26,918 bases of DNA from a virus (lineage: Duplodnaviria > Caudoviricetes), in IMG/VR virus record IMGVR_UViG_3300017766_003106, positions 1-26,918 of that record, one strand, 5' to 3'. The notes under the pieces are model-generated. The model worked only from the letters and a program-made list of their open reading frames with translations. It was not told the DNA's origin and made no database searches. This document shows positions 1 to 7,126 of the stretch, in pieces. Positions within the stretch are counted from its first letter, which is position 1, and each line of letters starts with the position of its first letter. The translations under genes and the position numbers were made by a program.

Positions 1-465
1 GGTAATGTTTTGCGTTACAGGACTTCCAAGTGAGACGCGGGTATTGTTGCGGAGACGTACATTGCCACCACCGCTAAAAGTGCCATTACCAACTGAACCG
101 TTAAGCGTAAAAGTATCCGCACCTGTAGAGGTGATCTCCCAAGTGCCTATCGCGGCAGAGTTGCCACCAACACCTGCAATAACTACCGTATCACCAGTGC
201 TGTAGCCATGAGCAACACAGGTAATGGCAATAGGGGTGGCGTTGGTGGCTCCAGTGATACTTTTTGTGGCTTGTAACGCAGCGCTTGTCCACACACCGTT
301 CATCCCAAGGCTTGTGGGATCAGGGCTTGCCATCACTCGGATGGTGTCACCAGGAGCAATTCGTGCAGCAGTAGCACCGTTTACAAAGGTCTTCCAGCGG
401 TTAGCAAAAGAGAGGCCATCGTTTGCATCGTTACCGCCCTCGTAGTCCAGGTAGAAAGTTGCCAT
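1..465 (-). CDS. Tail fibre/tailspike-like protein, 5' part (runs off the left window edge)
   Basis: Not in the ORF track. ATG at 465 follows the upstream stop at 475 and the frame is open to the edge: MATFYLDYEGGNDANDGLSFANRWKTFVNG...IAPGDTIRV. The GNDxNDG...WKT motif is typical of beta-helix protein N-termini. ITGATNATPIAITCVAHGYSTGDTVVIAGVGG resembles the E1-FCCH-like repeat seen in phage tail proteins. Confidence 0.7.
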   Translation of the reverse strand, partial: MATFYLDYEGGNDANDGLSFANRWKTFVNGATAARIAPGDTIRVMASPDPTSLGMNGVWTSAALQATKSITGATNATPIAITCVAHGYSTGDTVVIAGVGGNSAAIGTWEITSTGADTFTLNGSVGNGTFSGGGNVRLRNNTRVSLGSPVTQNIT

Positions 466-474
466 GGTTCAGCC

Positions 475-1902
475 TCAGGCGGTGTACTTGATCCAAATAT
501 CGCCATCGCTACCACCAGTTGGATCGCTGGTGGAGGTCGTAATCTTGCGGATACCAGTTCCAGATGACCCGAAGTAACTCAAGCGAGCGTCTTGGAGCGT
601 TCCGCTTGTAATGTTACTGGCGCTGGTGGTGTCTGTCGTCGCCGAGGCTGCCAGAGTTGGCTTGTTCAGAATCTGGGCGTCACCGCTTACGGCAGTCCAG
701 TCGGCGTTAACATTGACCTCGGCCCCTGCGGCAATCCCGTCGAGCTTGCTCTTGTCCGAGGCGGACATTGAACCAGCAGCGGACGTAGTGGCTGCGCTGA
801 TACTGATGGCGGGTGTGGCACCTCCGCTGGAGACGATGGGCGCCGTACCCGTGACGCTGGTAACTGGTGCGGTGCCGTTGCTGGCGGCAGTCACCCGACC
901 CTTGCTATCGACGGTCAGGGAGGCGTTGGTGTAGCTACCTGCGGTGACAGCCGTGTTGGCGAGGGTCAGCGAGATTGAGGTGGAACCGGTGCCGGTTGCA
1001 TCACCCGAGATCGAGATCGACTGGTTACCGGTGAGGTAGGTGCTGGTGTCGAGCGACCACGTATCTGCTGCCGTCTTCTTTAGGAACCCGCTGGTGCCGG
1101 CAAGCGCGGCGATGGCGGTGAGGTCAGCGTCGAGGGGTTGCGCAGCAGACCATGTGCCATCGGCACGCAGGAAGTTGGCGGTGCCGCCACCACTGAGTGG
1201 CGTCAGGCCGGCGGTCGTGCTGGTGAACAGAGGCAGGGTGACATCCGCGCCTGTGCTGCTCTCCAGTAGTCGCGTACCTGCCGTATAGCTGAGGTCCGTG
1301 GCGACGTTGACCTGGGCGCCGGAGGCGATGCCGTCGAGCTTGGTTTTGTCGGCCGCTGACATGGAGCCAGCAGCGGAGGTCGTAGCTCCGCTGATGCTGA
1401 TGGCAGGAGCCGTGCCACCGCTGGAGACGATGGGAGCGGTGCCGGTCACCCCGGTGACAAGCGCTGAGCCACTGCTTGCAGCTGTCACGCGCCCCTTGCT
1501 GTCTACCGTCAGCGAGGCGTTGGTGTAGCTGCCGGGTGTGACGGCAGTGTTGGCCAGTGTCAGGGAGATGGAGGTGGAGCCACTACCGCTGGCATCCCCT
1601 GAGACCGTGATTGCTTGGTTGCCTGTCAGATACGTGCTTGTATCCAGGCTCCAGCTGTTGGCTGCTGTTTTCTTGAGGAAGCCGCTGGTTCCTGCTAGGC
1701 CGGCGATGGCGGTGAGGTCCGCATCGAGGGGCTGGGTCCCCGCCAGCTCGCTGGACTTGGCCAGGGGGAAACCGCCAGCGGTGGCACCGTCGTGGACAAC
1801 GAGGGTGTCTTTGGTGATGTCAACCGTGACCTCGCCGACCGCACCAGTGAAGCTGGCGTGCTCGGTTGTGGTGCCTCGCCGTAGCTGTACTTGGGTTGCC
1901 AT
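475..1902 (-). CDS. Tail fibre protein with Mtd_N-like N-terminus and an internal 144-aa duplication
   Basis: N-terminus QVQLRRGT...[17 protein letters not shown]; two [20 protein letters not shown] fibre repeats; two GSMSAxDKxKLDGIAxGA motifs; C-terminal [14 protein letters not shown]. Confidence 0.8.
   Translation of the reverse strand: MATQVQLRRGTTTEHASFTGAVGEVTVDITKDTLVVHDGATAGGFPLAKSSELAGTQPLDADLTAIAGLAGTSGFLKKTAANSWSLDTSTYLTGNQAITVSGDASGSGSTSISLTLANTAVTPGSYTNASLTVDSKGRVTAASSGSALVTGVTGTAPIVSSGGTAPAISISGATTSAAGSMSAADKTKLDGIASGAQVNVATDLSYTAGTRLLESSTGADVTLPLFTSTTAGLTPLSGGGTANFLRADGTWSAAQPLDADLTAIAALAGTSGFLKKTAADTWSLDTSTYLTGNQSISISGDATGTGSTSISLTLANTAVTAGSYTNASLTVDSKGRVTAASNGTAPVTSVTGTAPIVSSGGATPAISISAATTSAAGSMSASDKSKLDGIAAGAEVNVNADWTAVSGDAQILNKPTLAASATTDTTSASNITSGTLQDARLSYFGSSGTGIRKITTSTSDPTGGSDGDIWIKYTA
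709..1734 (-). repeat. Diverged 432-bp direct repeat (1303-1734 and 709-1140) inside the tail fibre gene
   Basis: Both copies run [11 protein letters not shown]...DGIAxGAxVNV, have equal length and show many synonymous differences. Confidence 0.95.
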
Positions 1903-2138
1903 TAGGTCAAGGTGCCGTAATTAGCGGTGGAGTTGATGCCTTCGGTGAGCAGCCCGTAGTCCGCTTGGTTGGCGCCGTAGAGGTTGGTGACTCCGCCAAC
2001 CTCGGCCATGGAGTTGTCAGCAGCTTTGATGTAGAACCGCTTGTTGCTGGCATCCCAGGCAGGCTCTGATACCTGGAAGTCGGCGGCGGCCGGGGTAGTG
2101 GCGCCGGTGCGGATCTTGATCAGCTGCTGGCGGGGCAT
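1902..2138 (-). CDS. Small tail fibre-associated protein
   Basis: 78 aa with 1-nt stop/start overlaps on both sides. [10 protein letters not shown]...[13 protein letters not shown] resembles the N-terminal module of the neighbouring fibre genes. Confidence 0.65.
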   Translation of the reverse strand: MPRQQLIKIRTGATTPAAADFQVSEPAWDASNKRFYIKAADNSMAEVGGVTNLYGANQADYGLLTEGINSTANYGTLT

Positions 2139-2593
2139 CAGAAAGAACCTCCATCCACGGTCTCAACGGCGATGGTGACGTAGCCGTTGCCGGCATCTTT
2201 CGACCAGCTCAGGCTGCTGTTCAGGCGGATCACGCCATCATTGCCGTCGGTGCCCCAGAGGTAGCCGGCGGTGCCGCCGCTAACTACAGCCACCTTTTCG
2301 TCGGTGCTGGAGGAGGGGATGTTGAGGGCAGTCTTGAAGGCGTTGAAGGTGATTTTTTTTTCTTTCTGCCCCGCGGCTTCGCTGGCGTCGTGGATCAGAA
2401 CCAAATCCGAAGTGCCGTCCACGCTGGCGAGCGTGGTCAGGTCGTCAATGGCCGGAACAACAGGAAGCTTTGAGGTTGTACCGGTGGCGACGTGCAGCGT
2501 TCCGCGATCTGTAGTAACCAGCGGTTCGCCCGCCAGCATCCCGGTACTAGGCAGGTTGGCCTTTAGGCCCCGCTTGAGCTGGAGGCGTGCCAT
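2138..2593 (-). CDS. Tail fibre-associated structural protein
   Basis: RLQLKRGLKANLP...GEPLVTTDRGTLHV is Mtd_N-like; ends VDGGSF; late motif upstream. Confidence 0.7.
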   Translation of the reverse strand: MARLQLKRGLKANLPSTGMLAGEPLVTTDRGTLHVATGTTSKLPVVPAIDDLTTLASVDGTSDLVLIHDASEAAGQKEKKITFNAFKTALNIPSSSTDEKVAVVSGGTAGYLWGTDGNDGVIRLNSSLSWSKDAGNGYVTIAVETVDGGSF

Positions 2594-2616
2594 AGACAGA
2601 GACGCTTGGACGTTGA

Positions 2617-2627
2617 CCTAGGTTTCC
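2617..2627 (-). promoter_or_regulatory. Putative late promoter motif GGAAACCTAGG
   Basis: Intergenic, 23 nt upstream of ATG 2593; matches the recurrent GGMAANYTMG consensus. Confidence 0.75.
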
Positions 2628-2631
2628 AGGG

Positions 2632-2886
2632 CTAGTTGAAGGTGCCGCCGTCTACGGTCGCAGCCCATTCGGCCTGGTAGTTGTCATAACTACTCTTGAG
2701 CAGCACGTTGCCGGGATCGCCGCCAGAAGGCAGGCCACCAGCAACTGAGCCAGCTGGGCCTTGCGGGCCTTGGGTGGCCACTTCCACGGTTAAAGGCGTG
2801 GTGGCAGTCCTGATCTCAATGACCTGCTCGGCCACCTCGGTGACAAGCACCTGGCCGGAGCTGAGCACCTCAACACTGTTGGCCAT
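2632..2886 (-). CDS. Small structural protein with a short collagen-like stretch
   Basis: QGPQGPAG and LPSGGDPGNVLLKSS...W motifs; ends VDGGTFN. Confidence 0.65.
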   Translation of the reverse strand: MANSVEVLSSGQVLVTEVAEQVIEIRTATTPLTVEVATQGPQGPAGSVAGGLPSGGDPGNVLLKSSYDNYQAEWAATVDGGTFN

Positions 2887-2889
2887 GGG

Positions 2890-3234
2890 TTAGCTCGGTG
2901 CGGTGTAGCCCTCGCTGGGCCGGACGATGCCTTCTAGGTAATACTCGCGCAGGCCGGCGGTATTGATCAGCATCACGTCGTAGCGGGCCTCGCTCGGCAA
3001 CAGCGTCGTGATGGCGTAGGGCAGGGTAAGCGTTACGGCACCGGCAGCTGCGTTGGTGAGCGTCACCGTGAAATCGCCGATCTTGCTGGTGCGATCCTTG
3101 TCCCACACTTGGGCTAGGACAGTCCAGCCGGTGATATTGAGAGGGTTGCCGGTGCTGTCCTTGAACGTCACCGCGAGGGGGTAGTCGGCACGCCGCTGGG
3201 GGCGGATGTTGTAACTCGCCGGTGAGATCGCCAT
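2890..3234 (-). CDS. Tail fibre attachment protein (BppU/LtfC-like Ig fold)
   Basis: YNI...ADYPLAVTFKDSTGNPLNITGWTVLAQV...YDVML...YYLEG pattern and position before the fibre genes. Confidence 0.65.
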   Translation of the reverse strand: MAISPASYNIRPQRRADYPLAVTFKDSTGNPLNITGWTVLAQVWDKDRTSKIGDFTVTLTNAAAGAVTLTLPYAITTLLPSEARYDVMLINTAGLREYYLEGIVRPSEGYTAPS

Positions 3235-3236
3235 TC

Positions 3237-3247
3237 GCTAGTTTTCC
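3237..3247 (-). promoter_or_regulatory. Putative late promoter motif GGAAAACTAGC (leaderless geometry)
   Basis: 2 nt before ATG 3234; overlaps the TAG of the upstream gene. Confidence 0.6.
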
Positions 3248-3639
3248 CCGCCCCCTTCTGGTGCGGTGCGGAGTTCCAGCCGAAGTTGCGCCTTAGGGCC
3301 AAGGCCCTCAGGCACTTTCAGCGTGGTGGTCTCGGTGCCGGGGTAGGCGTAGAGGATGCGGCCAGCGGCGTTGGGTGCCACGCCCGCGCCATCCCAATCC
3401 ACGAGGTATAGCGTCCAAAGGCGGAATGCCTCCTGGCGGCGGTAAGCGTTGACGCGCTGGAGGTCGGGATCGCGCATGATCACCAGCTCCAGCCCACTAA
3501 CGCTGGTTTTGGCGGGGAGGCTTTCACCCACGGAGCGGACGCTCACAGCTGGTGTCGTCATGGCGTTGCCCAGGGTGTAGACCCCGAGCAAATCCACGAG
3601 CAGCGTCTCCAGCTCTGTCCGTAGGGTCAGCACGTTCAT
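3238..3639 (-). CDS. Structural protein, possibly tail terminator
   Basis: 133 aa with an N-terminal helix then alternating strands (LRTELETLL...PAVSV...LELVI). Function inferred from size and from the lack of another terminator candidate. Confidence 0.5.
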   Translation of the reverse strand: MNVLTLRTELETLLVDLLGVYTLGNAMTTPAVSVRSVGESLPAKTSVSGLELVIMRDPDLQRVNAYRRQEAFRLWTLYLVDWDGAGVAPNAAGRILYAYPGTETTTLKVPEGLGPKAQLRLELRTAPEGGGEN

Positions 3640-4289
3640 ACACCGAGTTTTCCGGCCACTAGCAGCAGGCCCGCCTCAAGCCAACCAAAGCCTTGTCGCT
3701 CTGGCAGCACCAGATCGTGCGTGAGCAGCGGGCGGTCAAGATCGCGCACCCGCACAGGGCCGCTGATGCGGCCCTTCACCACCACCAAACCACCTCGGCA
3801 GTTGCTGCCCTCCCACTTGGGTGCAAGCACCCACACTGCGTCGTCGTCCGAGCGCAAGGCGCGTACATCTGGTGGGGTGGCATCCTCCGTGGCGGAGGCG
3901 AGGACGTGGTTCCACGCTGAGAGCAGCAGTGGTGGGCACTTGTCCTCGTGCCGGAGCGCTAGCGCCACGGCAGCCACCTCGGCGGAGAGCACCTTGTCGC
4001 TTTGCGGCTTGTCGCGGAACAGCGCGAAGTCCAAGGTGCCAAGCGGCTTGGCCTTCTTCGGATCCACGTTGATGTTCCGCATCAACGCCGTTAGCTGGGC
4101 CACTGGTAGCTCGGCGGTGGCAGCAGCTTCGCGGCGGATGCGTTGCAACTGGCGCCAAGCGGCCAGGACTACAGAGCGCAGTTCGGCGTGGAATCGGTCT
4201 CGGCTGAATTGGCCGGGGTATCCGTGGAAGAGCTCGAAGGCGATTTCCGCCCAGTCCGTTTGCTGGGGCTTCCAGCCTCCGGCGGCTGC
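3636..4289 (-). CDS. Tail assembly chaperone -1 frame extension (gpT-like part of a gpGT fusion)
   Basis: The frame is open from the slippery site (AAAGGWKPQQTDWAEIAFELFHGYPGQF...) through the listed ORF 3636..4148 and is -1 relative to 4169..4813. Predicted fusion about 392 aa. Confidence 0.75.
   Translation of the reverse strand, partial: AAAGGWKPQQTDWAEIAFELFHGYPGQFSRDRFHAELRSVVLAAWRQLQRIRREAAATAELPVAQLTALMRNINVDPKKAKPLGTLDFALFRDKPQSDKVLSAEVAAVALALRHEDKCPPLLLSAWNHVLASATEDATPPDVRALRSDDDAVWVLAPKWEGSNCRGGLVVVKGRISGPVRVRDLDRPLLTHDLVLPERQGFGWLEAGLLLVAGKLGV
3643..3653 (-). promoter_or_regulatory. Putative late promoter motif GGAAAACTCGG (leaderless geometry)
   Basis: 3 nt before ATG 3639, inside the 3' end of the upstream frame. 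Confidence 0.65.
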
Positions 4290-4813
4290 TTTTTTAGGTC
4301 GGCCTCAGACGGAGGTTCGCTGGTGCGGCCTTCGGCGTCCTGCTCGTCTTGCACCAGTTGCCAGATGTCGGCAAAGAGAGCACCGTCAAGCGTGTGTGTG
4401 TCGGCTAGGGACCAGTCGCTAAGGCTTAGGCGGCTTCGGAGGATGGCGGTAACGGATGCGTCTTGATGCCGTTGGCCGCTGGCGGCGTAGACGCGGGCAA
4501 CGTCGGAAATGCGATCAGCGTGTTTGAGACGGAGATGCTCGGCCGCCTCTTCCAATGCCACGCCGCTAATGGCGTTCTCGATGAGATTGAACGCCTCTAG
4601 TAGGGTGATGCCCTCTTCCTTGGCGATGGCGTCCGCGATCTGGGCGCCTCGGACAAAGGCGCTTTGCTCCGCCGCCAACAGTTCGTTGATCGTGGCGGCC
4701 TCTCCCACCGTCAATCCGCCGTAAACCGGGATCTCCAGGATGCCGCTGTTGGTGTTGCCGACCTTACGAGGCGCGTGTTGCTTAGGCGCCTGGATGAACG
4801 GCAGGGAAGGCAT
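4169..4813 (-). CDS. Tail assembly chaperone (gpG-like)
   Basis: Acidic helical protein; GAC CTA AAA AAG slippery site near the 3' end, followed by a low-complexity zero-frame tail. Confidence 0.75.
   Translation of the reverse strand: MPSLPFIQAPKQHAPRKVGNTNSGILEIPVYGGLTVGEAATINELLAAEQSAFVRGAQIADAIAKEEGITLLEAFNLIENAISGVALEEAAEHLRLKHADRISDVARVYAASGQRHQDASVTAILRSRLSLSDWSLADTHTLDGALFADIWQLVQDEQDAEGRTSEPPSEADLKKQPPEAGSPSKRTGRKSPSSSSTDTPANSAETDSTPNCAL
4289..4295 (-). other. -1 programmed ribosomal frameshift heptamer A_AAA_AAG
   Basis: Codons CTA(4297) AAA AAG give the canonical X XXY YYZ phasing, and the -1 frame is open for 217 codons. Confidence 0.8.
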
Positions 4814-4831
4814 AGAGGTAGGTAGCTACTG

Positions 4832-4842
4832 CCGAGTTTGCC
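4832..4842 (-). promoter_or_regulatory. Putative late promoter motif GGCAAACTCGG
   Basis: Intergenic, 18 nt upstream of ATG 4813. Confidence 0.75.
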
Positions 4843-4950
4843 CACCAGCGGGTGCTTGACGTACAACCTTGGCATAGGCCGCTTTCTGTAAATGGACAAA
4901 GCGACCCACTTGGGTAAGGGTCTTAAGTTGGGTGAGCAGTTGTTGGTTCG

Positions 4951-6264
4951 TCATAGCAAGACAAGGAAAAAGCTCTCTGGAGTCAGCACGTCAAGCGCCG
5001 ACGTATTTAGATGGCTTGCCGCACCAGCAAAGAAGTTAGGCGGCATCCTCCAACGCTGCTCCCGGCTAGGTCCGATGTAGAGGCCTCCGGCATAGTTGGG
5101 GTCAACGCACCGCGATAGAGACAAGGCCAACTCCTCTGGTGTGGCGTAGGGAGGCAACTGGTGGGTGTGGATGACGACTTCATGAGGAGATTTGATAACT
5201 GGTAGACCAGTGACAGGGCTGACCTTTGTGGTCAGGTTGCCAAAAGGAAAACTCTGATACAGCCCGGTTTCTGTGTCTTTGATTCGAGCGAAGCGAGCTT
5301 GAGTACTGACAACATTAACCTCACCCGTGTGTATACCACGCATGTCTTTAGAAGGGTCATCAGCAAAGGCATTGGCAGAGTAGAAGTCGCCAAAAGTGTC
5401 AGGGTGGCGATGGACCGCAGACTTGCGTTGAATGTTTGAGCCCTGGATCCGCAAGAACACGTATGGTGTCGGAATTTGTTGGCCGGCGGGGCGGAAGTAA
5501 GGGGTTGTGCTACGCCCATACCACAAATTGATAGTGCTGGGTTGAATATCAAATGGGTAGTCGTCAATCAGTGTGCTGACAGGCTGGCCGCTATTGAGCC
5601 AAGGGTAGAAGCTCAGTCTGTTGTCAAACGTGCTGTGCTCAGGAGGCATAGAGACTACAGCAAACAACACTCTTCCTTTGGTGGCAACAACAATTCTGGG
5701 CTGGAAGCCAGTGGGCGCAATGCGATTAACTGGCAAATTGGGCGCAGGACCCAGTGGAATGTAGTCACCAGTTGGATCCAGATAGCTGACGCTGGTGACA
5801 TGCCCGCTACCGACATAATCAGAGACGTTGGTGGGCAAATTGCTGACGCGGTAGCTGAAGTCCGATATATGAGTCTCCTGCGCGACCGTCACAAGTCTTT
5901 TGCCGGCTATTGACAGACGCACCGGACTGGGGGTACAGAGAGAAAGCCTGTTTGTATAGATCTCATGCTGATAACTCAATTGAGTGGTATAGGAGTTCTC
6001 GGTTGTTTCTACAACCCCACGCCAGTTAATAGCCAGCGGCACAAAAGCTGAACCCGTAGAAAAGGCCCCTAGGTCACGCCGATACGGCAGCGCATCAAGG
6101 CCCTTGGCACGGCCCTCTTCTGCGATGCTTTGCTTGGACTTGTCCGCTGACAACTGGCCGAGTCGGCCTTGCTCTGCTTTTGCGAACCGTGCCGCTTGCT
6201 GCTCCGCCTTGACCTTTTCCAGCAACGCATCACCGTCTGAGTTGACGTTGATGTAGGTGGCCAT
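4951..6264 (-). CDS. Hypothetical tail-region protein (437 aa) with a lower-GC body
   Basis: Coupled to the upstream gene (TGATG); helical N-terminus followed by a Pro/aromatic-rich beta-type region. Confidence 0.7.
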   Translation of the reverse strand: MATYINVNSDGDALLEKVKAEQQAARFAKAEQGRLGQLSADKSKQSIAEEGRAKGLDALPYRRDLGAFSTGSAFVPLAINWRGVVETTENSYTTQLSYQHEIYTNRLSLCTPSPVRLSIAGKRLVTVAQETHISDFSYRVSNLPTNVSDYVGSGHVTSVSYLDPTGDYIPLGPAPNLPVNRIAPTGFQPRIVVATKGRVLFAVVSMPPEHSTFDNRLSFYPWLNSGQPVSTLIDDYPFDIQPSTINLWYGRSTTPYFRPAGQQIPTPYVFLRIQGSNIQRKSAVHRHPDTFGDFYSANAFADDPSKDMRGIHTGEVNVVSTQARFARIKDTETGLYQSFPFGNLTTKVSPVTGLPVIKSPHEVVIHTHQLPPYATPEELALSLSRCVDPNYAGGLYIGPSREQRWRMPPNFFAGAASHLNTSALDVLTPESFFLVLL

Positions 6265-6665
6265 CAGTCGTCTTGTGCCAGGGTGATGGTGTAGCTCTTG
6301 GACTGAGCAGCGGCCAGCACCACAGTGGGGCTTTCCGTTGTGATGCTGTGCAGGTACAGCTCAGTGCCGATCTTGAGGCAGACAGTGTTGTAGGAGAACC
6401 CGCCGCCCGTGGCCGTGAACGTGGCGGTGATGACAGGCATCTGGTAGCGGGCGTTGCCGGCGTTGTAGCTGCCAGCCGCAATGGTCCCGGTCGCAGCGGC
6501 ATAGCCGCCCCCGCTGCACTCAATCGCTTCCCAGGCGGCTGTAGTGGAGTCAGCCGTCAGGCTGGTGGTGTTGAGCGCCAGAAAGACCTTATAGGTCTTG
6601 CCTTGAAAAGCGGCGATGGCCTGGCGCTCCAGTTCCTTGGTGCTGATCGTCAGGGAGATGGCCAT
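6264..6665 (-). CDS. Minor tail protein
   Basis: YKVFLA...ECSGGGYA...FTATGG...LAAAQS; similar to the adjacent 6671..7093. Confidence 0.7.
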   Translation of the reverse strand: MAISLTISTKELERQAIAAFQGKTYKVFLALNTTSLTADSTTAAWEAIECSGGGYAAATGTIAAGSYNAGNARYQMPVITATFTATGGGFSYNTVCLKIGTELYLHSITTESPTVVLAAAQSKSYTITLAQDD

Positions 6666-6670
6666 GGCGA

Positions 6671-7093
6671 TCAGGCGAGGGTGAGCACGCCGGTGGTGGC
6701 GTCAAAATCGACAGCAAAGCTCTCCCCAGCAGCCAGGGTGATGCTGCTGCCGTAGTCCCAGAAGCCGATCAGTTCCTTGTTGGTGGCGGTGTCGTTGTAG
6801 AGCACGGCATAGCGGAAGGGGCCAACACTGCCGCCGGTGGCCGTCCAAGTCGCCGGGTCACCCAGCACGAGCTTGTAGGTGCCACTGGTCTGCGCTGAGC
6901 TGGTGACCGTCGCGGTGTTACCACCAGCGGTGTACCCGTTACCAGCGCTGATCTCGGTCACATCGGTCTTGACCGCATTGGTCGCCACCGGCGCTGTGTT
7001 AGCGAGCAGCACCTTGAGGGTATCGGCGCCGAGGTCGTGCTTCTTTTCGGCCAGCGCCTCGACAAAGGAGTTGAACTTCTGAAAGGAGGCCAC
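6671..7093 (-). CDS. Minor tail protein
   Basis: HDLGADTLKVLL...EISAGNGYTAGG...WTATGG...FRYAVLYN...WDYGSSITLAAGESF, a pattern common in phage virion proteins. Confidence 0.8.
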   Translation of the reverse strand: MASFQKFNSFVEALAEKKHDLGADTLKVLLANTAPVATNAVKTDVTEISAGNGYTAGGNTATVTSSAQTSGTYKLVLGDPATWTATGGSVGPFRYAVLYNDTATNKELIGFWDYGSSITLAAGESFAVDFDATTGVLTLA

Positions 7094-7110
7094 CGGGCAC
7101 AGGCGTTGTT

Positions 7111-7121
7111 CCTAGCTTGCC
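7111..7121 (-). promoter_or_regulatory. Putative late promoter motif GGCAAGCTAGG
   Basis: Intergenic, 17 nt upstream of GTG 7093. Confidence 0.75.
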
Positions 7122-7126
7122 GATGA

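Noticed and set aside
475-2593. Diversity-generating retroelement suggested by the Mtd_N-like domains and a repeat pair
   Set aside because: No reverse transcriptase in the window. Both repeat copies are in-frame coding, and their differences are mostly synonymous rather than adenine-specific.
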